Source of the DNA: an uncultured Candidatus Saccharibacteria bacterium | GTDB taxonomy: Bacteria; Patescibacteriota; UBA1384; XYA2-FULL-43-10; 1-14-0-10-43-13 | Assembly: GCA_964543385.1 (NCBI GenBank) | Contig: CAZIYE010000001.1 | Span: 540,001 to 572,000 of the forward strand | Length of the DNA: 32,000 nt | Reading direction: 5' to 3' | Shown here: one piece after another, positions 16,251-23,577 of the stretch | How the letters are laid out: each line of letters begins with the position of its first letter | How positions within the stretch are numbered: position 1 is the first letter of the stretch | Notes under the pieces: generated by a model | Told to the model about the DNA's origin: nothing | Seen by the model: only the letters and a program-made list of their open reading frames with translations | Database searches by the model: none | Program-made: the position numbers and the translations under genes

Positions 16251-17409
16251 GGCAAAAAGAATCCTAGTTGATGGCAGGTTTGTCGGTGTTGGCGAATCTA
16301 TCTCTCGATACACCTTAGAAATGCTTAATGGTATTTTAAAATTGGATAAAGAAAATCAATATACCTTACTGATAAGACCCCAAGGTGAGCGTGCACTTGA
16401 AAGGTACCCAGATATTGTCAATGCGCCAAACCTCAAAGTTGATATTTTAGAAATTCCTCATTACTCACTAGCTGAACAAACGAAGCTTTTAACCTACTTA
16501 AACAAAGAGAAATTTGATCTAGTTCACTTTACCCAATTCAATCATCCTATTTTTTACAAAGGTGATTATGTCACCACAATTCATGATCTTACTCTTGTCG
16601 GCCATTTACACTATTTCAATTTTGCTAAACAATTGGCCTATAATATGGTGATGAAATCGGCTGCCAGAGACTCAAAAAAGGTGATAGCAATCTCAAAGAC
16701 TTCGATGGACGATGTAATAGATTTTTTTGGCACACCAAAGAAGAAGTTTGAGATCATTTATCATGGTATTGACCACGCCAATTACAATTGGCAAGTCAAA
16801 AGTCAAAAGTCAAAAGTCAAAAGTTTTAAGGAAAAATATGGCATTCAACGCGACTATATTCTCTATACCGGTATGTGGAAGAAACACAAAAATTTGATCC
16901 GACTTTTCCAAGCCTTCGAAGAATTCAAAAAAGAAACAAAAAACCCAATCCAGCTTGTCATGACGGGTAAAATTGATAAGAATGAGCCAGAAGTCATCGC
17001 CGAAATGGAAAGAGTCAATAAGTCTCTATCTTCTATATCAAAAAATCAATCTTCTATCCAAACAACTGGTTTTATTGACGAAGAAGAGCTGCCGATCGCT
17101 TATGCTGGGGCGTCTATGTACGTGATCCCTTCACTATCTGAAGGTTTTGGTTGGCCACCGCTCGAAGCAATGGCTTGCGGTACACCAGTAATTGCCTCAG
17201 ATATCTCATGTATTCCTGAAATATTGGGTGATGCCCCATATTATTTTGATCCATATAAAATAGAAGAAATAACCAAAGCGATCTCAACTGTGTTGGGTGA
17301 TGAAAAAGTTCAGAAAGAGCTAGCGGAAAAAGGGCTCAAACGGGTCAAAAAGTATAATTGGAACGAAACCGCTAAAAAGACCTTGGAAGTATATAAAAGT
17401 TTGATATAA
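16243..17409 (+). CDS. GT4-family (GT-B fold) glycosyltransferase
   Basis: EX7E region [36 protein letters not shown] prefer ATG 16243 (AAGGA SD 7 nt upstream, ATGAATAA overlap with the upstream stop) over the track start 16225. Confidence 0.85.
   Translation: MNKAKRILVDGRFVGVGESISRYTLEMLNGILKLDKENQYTLLIRPQGERALERYPDIVNAPNLKVDILEIPHYSLAEQTKLLTYLNKEKFDLVHFTQFNHPIFYKGDYVTTIHDLTLVGHLHYFNFAKQLAYNMVMKSAARDSKKVIAISKTSMDDVIDFFGTPKKKFEIIYHGIDHANYNWQVKSQKSKVKSFKEKYGIQRDYILYTGMWKKHKNLIRLFQAFEEFKKETKNPIQLVMTGKIDKNEPEVIAEMERVNKSLSSISKNQSSIQTTGFIDEEELPIAYAGASMYVIPSLSEGFGWPPLEAMACGTPVIASDISCIPEILGDAPYYFDPYKIEEITKAISTVLGDEKVQKELAEKGLKRVKKYNWNETAKKTLEVYKSLI
16795..16822 (+). repeat. Heptanucleotide tandem repeat (GTCAAAA)x4 inside the GT4 coding sequence
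   Basis: Read directly: gcaa-gtcaaaa-gtcaaaa-gtcaaaa-gtcaaaa-gtttt. It is translated as [10 protein letters not shown]. Confidence 0.95.
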
Positions 17410-17480
17410 GTTTAATCATTTCCTTACTATAATTATTCTTGCGAAGCAATCTATTCTTTTGGCACTCTCTATATAACTAA

Positions 17481-17514
17481 AGTACGCCTGATCCCCGAAG
17501 GGAACAGGCGTACT
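17481..17514 (-). terminator. Very stable hairpin with UUCG tetraloop downstream of the lipoprotein gene
   Basis: AGTACGCCTG (17481-17490) pairs with CAGGCGTACT (17505-17514). On the minus strand the apex reads UCCC-UUCG-GGGA and is followed by UUUAGUU. It lies 19 nt after the stop and may also terminate the convergent GT4 gene. Confidence 0.7.
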
Positions 17515-17533
17515 TGATACTTGGCAGGGAAAG

Positions 17534-18298
17534 TCAGCGACTAAATCCCATGCCGGGGTCATCTGGTAAACCGGTGACCGTGTAGGTGGTGGTTTCTTCT
17601 ATTGTTTCTCCAGTGTCAAGGTTTGTCACGATGACATGGAGGGTGCCCTCGCCATTAGCTGCGGCGTAGAAGCCATCAGCTGTTTTGGCCAGTGCATTTC
17701 TTTCTCCCGGGACATCCCACTCCGTTTTGATATGGTACCACGAGGTACCAAAACCAATGCGGAAGTAGTGTGCACCGGTGATACTAAAATGCCTGGTGCG
17801 ATCTGGCATGACTTGGGCCATGTCTCCAACGGTTGTGTCAAAGACAGTTGTTAATGCAGTGCCAATAGGCGGTTTGGGATTGCAGATAAAGATATACTCA
17901 CCTGCATTCCATTTGAAGGCGCCCTGTTGTGCAGTCGCAGTTGCAGTGTAGGCTTTGCCAGCCGCAACTATGGTGCTCAAGGTTGGCATAACTCCTTTTA
18001 CATCATTGCTGATGCTCAGGCCCCCCCCAGGGGTGTTTTCGGTCTCGGTCACTTTGATCGTGACCTCTATTGGTAGCGGCTGGGGTGACCAGGTGGCGAT
18101 TGCCTTCAAGGTCGTGCCAGCGGTGAGCTTGGTCGTACCCTCGGAGAGGGTGACCATGTTTCCAGCGCCATCCGTGAAACGGAGGCTGAGCCGGGGTTGC
18201 TCGTTGGAAGTCGAAGTGGCACCAGTGCCACAGCCGGCCAGAATTCCGGCGCAAGCGATGATGAGCAACAGGCTCATGGCTGAGAGGATACGGCGCAT
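17534..18298 (-). CDS. Lipoprotein of unknown function, beta-rich/Ig-like C-terminus; about 60 % GC island gene
   Basis: 254-aa ORF. Its signal peptide carries the lipobox MRRILSAMSLLLIIACAGILAG-C. An AAGGAGA SD lies 6 nt upstream. The C-terminal GEGTLHVIVTNLDTGETIEETTTYTVTG looks Big_2/Ig-like. Overlapping ORFs in other frames are GC artefacts. Confidence 0.75.
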   Translation of the reverse strand: MRRILSAMSLLLIIACAGILAGCGTGATSTSNEQPRLSLRFTDGAGNMVTLSEGTTKLTAGTTLKAIATWSPQPLPIEVTIKVTETENTPGGGLSISNDVKGVMPTLSTIVAAGKAYTATATAQQGAFKWNAGEYIFICNPKPPIGTALTTVFDTTVGDMAQVMPDRTRHFSITGAHYFRIGFGTSWYHIKTEWDVPGERNALAKTADGFYAAANGEGTLHVIVTNLDTGETIEETTTYTVTGLPDDPGMGFSR

Positions 18299-18364
18299 CG
18301 ATTTTCTCCTTATGCTTTCTTCAGCTGGTGGGATGATCCCATCGTCAGCTTAAAAACTTGCTAT

Positions 18365-18393
18365 ATATTAACATAAATAACGTAAAATGTCAA
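18365..18393 (-). promoter_or_regulatory. Near-consensus promoter of the lipoprotein gene
   Basis: On the minus strand: TTGACA (18393-18388), a 17-nt spacer, then TGtTAATAT (-10 at 18370-18365). The 5'UTR of about 60 nt contains the hairpin AGCTG..TGGG-AUCAU-CCCA..CAGCT. Confidence 0.6.
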
Positions 18394-18395
18394 GA

Positions 18396-18424
18396 TTGAA
18401 GAAAGAGTCCCCTTATGCTAGATT
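18396..18424 (+). promoter_or_regulatory. Candidate hppA promoter, back-to-back with the divergent lipoprotein promoter
   Basis: TTGAAG (18396-18401), a 17-nt spacer, then TGcTAGATT (-10 at 18419-18424). Confidence 0.4.
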
Positions 18425-18522
18425 ATGCTTAATATATAAGGTCAAAAGTTTGTAAAGCAACTCAAAAGAGTGCTTTATGAGCTTTTTACTTTATAACTTT
18501 ATTAACCAATCGGGAGTTTTCC

Positions 18523-20625
18523 ATGTACACAATTGCGATGATCCTGGCGCTTGGTGCCGCCATTGTTTCTATTATTTACGGCCTTATTTTGGTCATGAGC
18601 GTTAATAAGATGCCTGCTGGCAATAAGAAAATGGTTGACATTGCGAAAGCAATCCAAGAAGGCGCGATGGCGTTTCTAAATCGCCAATATTCCGCTGTTG
18701 GCATGGTTGCCGCAGTTCTCTTTGTAATATTGCTTTATGCACTTGGCTGGAAAATTGCCGTTGGCTTCTTGGTCGGCGCAATCTTTTCTGCTTTGGCTGG
18801 CTATATCGGTATGAATGTTTCCGTTCGCGGAAATGTCAGAACTGCTGAAGCTTCCAGAAAGGGTCTGCCATTTGGCATGGATGTTGCTTTCAAGTCAGGA
18901 ACTGTGACTGGAATGCTTGTTGTAGGTTTAGCACTTCTCGCGGTTGCTGGGTATTATGCACTCACCAAAGACATCAACGCCCTGATCGGTCTTGGTTTCG
19001 GCGGATCTCTTATCTCAATTTTTGCTAGACTTGGCGGCGGAATCTTTACAAAGGCTGCAGACGTCGGAGCTGATCTAGTTGGCAAGGTAGAAGCAGGAAT
19101 TCCTGAAGATGATCCAAGAAATCCGGCTGTTATCGCTGATAATGTTGGTGATAATGTTGGTGACTGTGCTGGCATGGCCGCTGACCTATTTGAGACCTAC
19201 TCAGTAACTGCTATTGCTGCAATGCTTTTAGGACACCTTTTCTTCCCAGATTTCGAGAATGCAGTTTTATTTCCACTCATTCTTGGTGCTGCTTCAATCG
19301 TAACTTCAATTATCGGTAGTTGGTTTGTAAAGCTTGGAAAAAATTCCAAAAACATCATGGGCACTCTATATAGAGGTTTGATTGTTGCTGGTGTTTTAGC
19401 TGCTATTGCTTTCTACTTCATCACAAATTGGATGATGGCAGACAACGGACAATATACAACTCTTGAAATTTATCTGACAGCCTTGATTGGCTTGGGTGTC
19501 ACCGCTGCATTATGTATAATTACGGAATATTTTACTTCGACAAAATTTCAACCAGTCCAATCGATCGCACAGAGTTCTCAGACAGGTCACGGTACAAATA
19601 TTATCACTGGTTTGGCTGTCTCGATGAGATCAACAGCAATGCCTGTAATAGTTATTGGTGCTGCTATCTTGGGCGCTTACTCTCTTGCCGGACTTTTCGG
19701 TATCGCTATCGCCGCTATGGCAATGCTTTCAATGGCAGGTATCATCGTAGCTATTGATGCTTTCGGTCCAGTTGTTGATAATGCTGGCGGAATAGCAGAG
19801 ATGAGTGAAATGCCATCTGATGTTCGTGTTCACACTGATGCACTTGACGCAGTAGGAAACACTACAAAAGCTGTTACCAAGGGTTATGCTATCGGTTCAG
19901 CTGCTCTTGCCGCTATGGTTTTATTTGCTGACTACACTGAGAAACTTAAAGCAGCTGGTGGACATTATGCTTTTGATCTTACTGATCCAAAAGTTTTAGT
20001 AGGTTTATTTATTGGTGGCTTGCTTCCATATTATTTTGGTTCTCTGGCTATGGAGGCTGTCGGTAAGGCTGCTGGTGCTGTTGTCGAAGAAGTACGAAGA
20101 CAATTCCGCGAGATGAAAGGCATCATGGAAGGCAAAGTAAAGCCTGATTATGCTAAAGCTGTTGATATTGTAACTAAAGCAGCTATCAAAGAAATGATCC
20201 TTCCTGCTGCTATTACAGTTGCTGCTCCAATCCTAGTTGGCTTCTTGCTCGGTCCTGTTGCCCTCGGTGGCTTTCTGATTGGTACGATTATCACCGGACT
20301 TTTTGTTGCAATCTCGATGACTTCTGGCGGCGGTGCTTGGGATAATGCCAAGAAATACATCGAAGAAGGTAATTTCGGCGGCAAGGGCTCGATCGCTCAT
20401 CAAGCTGCTGTGACAGGTGATACTGTTGGTGATCCATATAAAGACACTGCTGGTCCTGCTATCAATCCGATCATCAAGGTTGTGAATATTATTGCTCTTC
20501 TGATTGCTGGTACATTGATCAAGGTTGAGCTCACAAATACAACCAAGATTGTAGTTGTTGCAGTTATCATTCTCGGTATTACTGCTTGGATGCTCCTCGG
20601 TAACAAGAAGAAATCTGTTAAATAG
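18523..20625 (+). CDS. hppA: Membrane-bound proton-translocating pyrophosphatase, K+-independent type
   Basis: 700-aa ORF with motifs [53 protein letters not shown] and [29 protein letters not shown] is present. Confidence 0.95.
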   Translation: MYTIAMILALGAAIVSIIYGLILVMSVNKMPAGNKKMVDIAKAIQEGAMAFLNRQYSAVGMVAAVLFVILLYALGWKIAVGFLVGAIFSALAGYIGMNVSVRGNVRTAEASRKGLPFGMDVAFKSGTVTGMLVVGLALLAVAGYYALTKDINALIGLGFGGSLISIFARLGGGIFTKAADVGADLVGKVEAGIPEDDPRNPAVIADNVGDNVGDCAGMAADLFETYSVTAIAAMLLGHLFFPDFENAVLFPLILGAASIVTSIIGSWFVKLGKNSKNIMGTLYRGLIVAGVLAAIAFYFITNWMMADNGQYTTLEIYLTALIGLGVTAALCIITEYFTSTKFQPVQSIAQSSQTGHGTNIITGLAVSMRSTAMPVIVIGAAILGAYSLAGLFGIAIAAMAMLSMAGIIVAIDAFGPVVDNAGGIAEMSEMPSDVRVHTDALDAVGNTTKAVTKGYAIGSAALAAMVLFADYTEKLKAAGGHYAFDLTDPKVLVGLFIGGLLPYYFGSLAMEAVGKAAGAVVEEVRRQFREMKGIMEGKVKPDYAKAVDIVTKAAIKEMILPAAITVAAPILVGFLLGPVALGGFLIGTIITGLFVAISMTSGGGAWDNAKKYIEEGNFGGKGSIAHQAAVTGDTVGDPYKDTAGPAINPIIKVVNIIALLIAGTLIKVELTNTTKIVVVAVIILGITAWMLLGNKKKSVK

Positions 20626-20633
20626 TTGAGACA

Positions 20634-20657
20634 ATGGCTCCGCGAATGCGGGGCCAT
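20634..20657 (+). terminator. Hairpin after hppA (terminator-like)
   Basis: ATGGCTCCGC-GAAT-GCGGGGCCAT forms 10 bp including one G-U pair. The U-run is weak (ctcttacatattt). Confidence 0.45.
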
Positions 20658-20685
20658 CTCTTACATATTTAAAGATAGTGGAAAT

Positions 20686-20958
20686 ATGACTAAGAAGATA
20701 ATATTGCCTGTTGCAGCCTTGTTGCTCTCGGTAATTATCTTTTTGTCATATCAATATTTCAGAGATTATCAGACAAAAGAACAGGAAGAACAGTACGAAA
20801 AACAGACTTGTGCCAAAGAGGGAGAAGAAACTTTTGAACTGGTCGCTGACGCTAATCCTAGAAATTGTTGCGCAGGGCTAAAACCTTTTCGTGATTCAGA
20901 AACCCGTCCAGATGGTAGCTCGTGGATTTCAGGGACAGAGATATGTGTTAAGAATTAA
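20686..20958 (+). CDS. Small exported/anchored Cys-containing protein
   Basis: I prefer internal ATG 20686, which avoids the terminator hairpin. MTKKIILPVAALLLSVIIFLSY is a signal or anchor sequence. The mature part has 4 Cys (C..NCC..C). Confidence 0.45.
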   Translation: MTKKIILPVAALLLSVIIFLSYQYFRDYQTKEQEEQYEKQTCAKEGEETFELVADANPRNCCAGLKPFRDSETRPDGSSWISGTEICVKN

Positions 20959-20977
20959 TTTATAAAGCTAATTGCCA

Positions 20978-21226
20978 ATGAAAACAGAACGAAGCAACAA
21001 AATCAGGTTCATCTTCGGTAGCGCTATTATTCTAATGGCAGTTCTTATTCTTTATAATGCTCTAAATAATGGTCCTAGCGATCACGCCTGGGCAAACTTT
21101 ATGATTTTGACATTACTGGGAGTCAGTTGGTTCTTGCCTCCGGTCAAAGAAATGTCCTTGTGGCTGTTTCTAAGAATATTAGTTATCATGGTGATGGCTT
21201 TTACTGCCGGTTATATCTGGAGATAG
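20978..21226 (+). CDS. Small membrane protein (3 TM)
   Basis: 82 aa from ATG 20978 (the track starts at TTG 20972). It is hydrophobic, and its stop abuts the next ATG. Confidence 0.45.
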   Translation: MKTERSNKIRFIFGSAIILMAVLILYNALNNGPSDHAWANFMILTLLGVSWFLPPVKEMSLWLFLRILVIMVMAFTAGYIWR

Positions 21227-21466
21227 ATGAAAAATATTGAAAAAGGTACCAAAAGAACCAAATTAGAGCTAGACCGAATAGAGGGAGAAAAATCAGTTTT
21301 ATTTACTGATGACGGGGATGAAATTGTCCTATCGAACAAAATACTTCCTAAAGACATTGCCGAAGGTGATTGCCTTATTCTGACAGTAGCGACCGACGAA
21401 GCCGAGAAGTTGGCAAATGACCAAAAAGCCAAGGATATTCTAAACGCGATAATGAATCCAAGATAA
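21227..21466 (+). CDS. DUF3006-like small protein
   Basis: 79 aa. LDRIEGEKSVLFTDDGDEIVLSNKILPKDIAEGDCLIL resembles the DUF3006 pattern (RxEGxxAVL...LP...EGD). By-eye assignment only. Confidence 0.5.
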   Translation: MKNIEKGTKRTKLELDRIEGEKSVLFTDDGDEIVLSNKILPKDIAEGDCLILTVATDEAEKLANDQKAKDILNAIMNPR

Positions 21467-21567
21467 GAAGTCATTACACTTTCTGGAAAAGCTTAAAATA
21501 TTTATGGTTTTTCTGTATGATAGAGGCGAGACATGATTTAGAGCTGATTGTATATATGGATTAATTG

Positions 21568-23520
21568 ATGATAAAGAAAGATAAAGAAACCGCGAGAGAG
21601 GAAGATAAAGGGGAAAAGACAAAAGTAAAAATTCCTCTGAAATATTTGATTTTTGGCGGAGCAGGCCTCATCGTCCTGTCTTTGCTTTCTTTTGCTGCAT
21701 ATTCTATCGCTTTTCAAAATAAAAATTACATAAATCAATATGTAGGTACTATTAATCTAGGTGGCAGAGATAAGAATGATACTAAAAATGTTTTAAAAGA
21801 GGCAGCTGAGAAATATCAGAACTCCCAGATCGTTCTCAAGAACACAAACTTAAACAAAGTCTATAATATTGATCCGACAGAAATCGGCTTAACTTTTGAT
21901 GTAGATAGATCAGCAGATGAGATTTGGTCCTTCGGTAGAGGAGGAAGTGCCTTAGGAAATATGCTGGATCAGATAAAAAGCATTTTCGTTCGCAGAAATT
22001 TTGATTTGTTTATATCATTGAATGAAAAAGGCCTAAATCAAAAGATAAAAACAATTGCCGAAGAACTAGATAAACCTGAAAAAGATTATTCCCTTGTTTA
22101 CACTGGTAACGGTTTCGAAATCACAACAGAACGTGTTGCCGGTGAAAGGATAAACCAAGCTAAAATAGTATTGGATCTGAAAAAGAGCTTTTCTAGCCTA
22201 TCTACTGCTGAAAATATTTTCACAATCGATGTATATGAGCCAAAAGTAACGCTCGAGAGTGCTAATAAGACGCTGTCTGAGGCTAACGGGATTATTTCTC
22301 CGGGAGAATTAATAATAAAAGGGGAAGGCCAGGAATTCAAAGCAGATAAAGACACTATTGCTGGTTTTATAAAATCAAGCCACAATGGTAGCGATTTGGA
22401 GCTTGATTTTAATGAAGATAGGATAAAAAAGTTTCTCGACGTTGTTGCCAAGGCTGTCAATGTTGATGCTGGCAATGCAAAACTTAGAATGGAAAATGGC
22501 AAAGTGGTTGTTTTTAATCAATCAAAAGTTGGCAAGGCGCTCAAAATTGATCAGACAATTAATGAAATAAAAAGTGCATTACTGGCAAGAATTACTGGAG
22601 TCTATAACCAAGTCACATTAGTTGTAGAAAGTAAAAGCCCCCAAATTACCGAGACGGAGGTAAGTTCATTGGGGATCAACGAATTAATCGGAACTGCCAG
22701 TACTTCCTTCAAGGGATCTCCGCCAAATCGTGTTCATAATATAACCATAGGGGCAAATGGCTTGAACGGAGTTTTGCTCAAACCAGGTGAAGAATTCTCC
22801 ACTCTCAGCCATCTTGGCGTAATTGATGCCAGCGGAGGATATCTAGAAGAGCTTGTGATCAAAGAGAACAGGACCATACCAGAATTTGGTGGTGGGTTAT
22901 GTCAGGTCTCCTCAACTATTTTTCGTACAGCTATATATGCGGGGATGAAAATAACAGAGCGTAGCGCTCACAAATATCGAGTTGGCTATTTTGAGCCACC
23001 TATTGGCATGGATGCCACAATCTATGATCCGGCGCCAGATTTTAAATTTGTTAATAACTATAAGAGTCACGTCCTGATCCAATCAAGGATAGAAGGAACA
23101 AAACTTACATTTGATATTTATGGCACTAAGGATGGCAGAAAAATAGATGTTTCTAATCCTATAGCATTCGATTACGTTAATCCTGGCGAACCGATAATTA
23201 CTGAGACGGATACTCTACCTGCCGGTGAAAGAAAAAAAATTGAATCAGCACATCAGGGGGCAACTGCCAGATTTGATTATAAAGTGACGAGCGCTTCTGG
23301 GGACGTATTGCAACAAAAGACATTTGTCTCCAAGTATGTCCCATGGCCAGAGAAATGGCTAGTAGGTAAGGCTGCTGCTCCTGCTGTTGTCCCTGATCCA
23401 ATTCCGGCAACGCCCGAGACTCCGGCTCCATTGCCAACCACAACATGTACCGATGGAACTCAAAACGGTGATGAAACAGGTGTTGATTGTGGCGGAAGCT
23501 GCTCAGTCTGTGCGCAATAA
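21568..23520 (+). CDS. VanW-domain protein, N-terminal membrane anchor, C-terminal Pro-rich linker plus 4-Cys module
   Basis: VanW core GGGLCQVSSTIFRTAIYAGMKITERSAHKYRVGYF. TM segment LIFGGAGLIVLSLLSFAAY. C-terminus PAVVPDPIPATPETPAPLPTTTCTDGTQNGDETGVDCGGSCSVCAQ. ATG 21568 lies one codon inside the track's TTG start. Confidence 0.85.
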   Translation: MIKKDKETAREEDKGEKTKVKIPLKYLIFGGAGLIVLSLLSFAAYSIAFQNKNYINQYVGTINLGGRDKNDTKNVLKEAAEKYQNSQIVLKNTNLNKVYNIDPTEIGLTFDVDRSADEIWSFGRGGSALGNMLDQIKSIFVRRNFDLFISLNEKGLNQKIKTIAEELDKPEKDYSLVYTGNGFEITTERVAGERINQAKIVLDLKKSFSSLSTAENIFTIDVYEPKVTLESANKTLSEANGIISPGELIIKGEGQEFKADKDTIAGFIKSSHNGSDLELDFNEDRIKKFLDVVAKAVNVDAGNAKLRMENGKVVVFNQSKVGKALKIDQTINEIKSALLARITGVYNQVTLVVESKSPQITETEVSSLGINELIGTASTSFKGSPPNRVHNITIGANGLNGVLLKPGEEFSTLSHLGVIDASGGYLEELVIKENRTIPEFGGGLCQVSSTIFRTAIYAGMKITERSAHKYRVGYFEPPIGMDATIYDPAPDFKFVNNYKSHVLIQSRIEGTKLTFDIYGTKDGRKIDVSNPIAFDYVNPGEPIITETDTLPAGERKKIESAHQGATARFDYKVTSASGDVLQQKTFVSKYVPWPEKWLVGKAAAPAVVPDPIPATPETPAPLPTTTCTDGTQNGDETGVDCGGSCSVCAQ

Positions 23521-23540
23521 TTTATAAGAATAGAAAAAAG

Positions 23541-23569
23541 TTATCTTTTTAGTGTTTTGTTGGTACAAT
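23541..23569 (+). promoter_or_regulatory. Candidate promoter with extended -10 only 8 nt from the ATPase ATG
   Basis: TTATCT (a weak -35), a 17-nt spacer, then TGgTACAAT (-10 at 23564-23569). The ATG is at 23578. Confidence 0.4.
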
Positions 23570-23577
23570 AGGAACTA

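Noticed and set aside
17626-18353. Four overlapping ORFs (71-132 aa) on both strands inside island 2
   Set aside because: Same GC artefact as in island 1. The 254-aa minus-strand frame has an SD, a lipoprotein signal peptide and a terminator.
18454-18476. CIRCE-like inverted repeat AAAGCAACTC-AAAA-GAGTGCTTT in the hppA leader
   Set aside because: The half-sites resemble the CIRCE core (GCACTC/GAGTGC), but the spacer is 4 nt instead of 9, the left arm has an extra base, and the gene is not a chaperone. It is probably just a 5'UTR hairpin.
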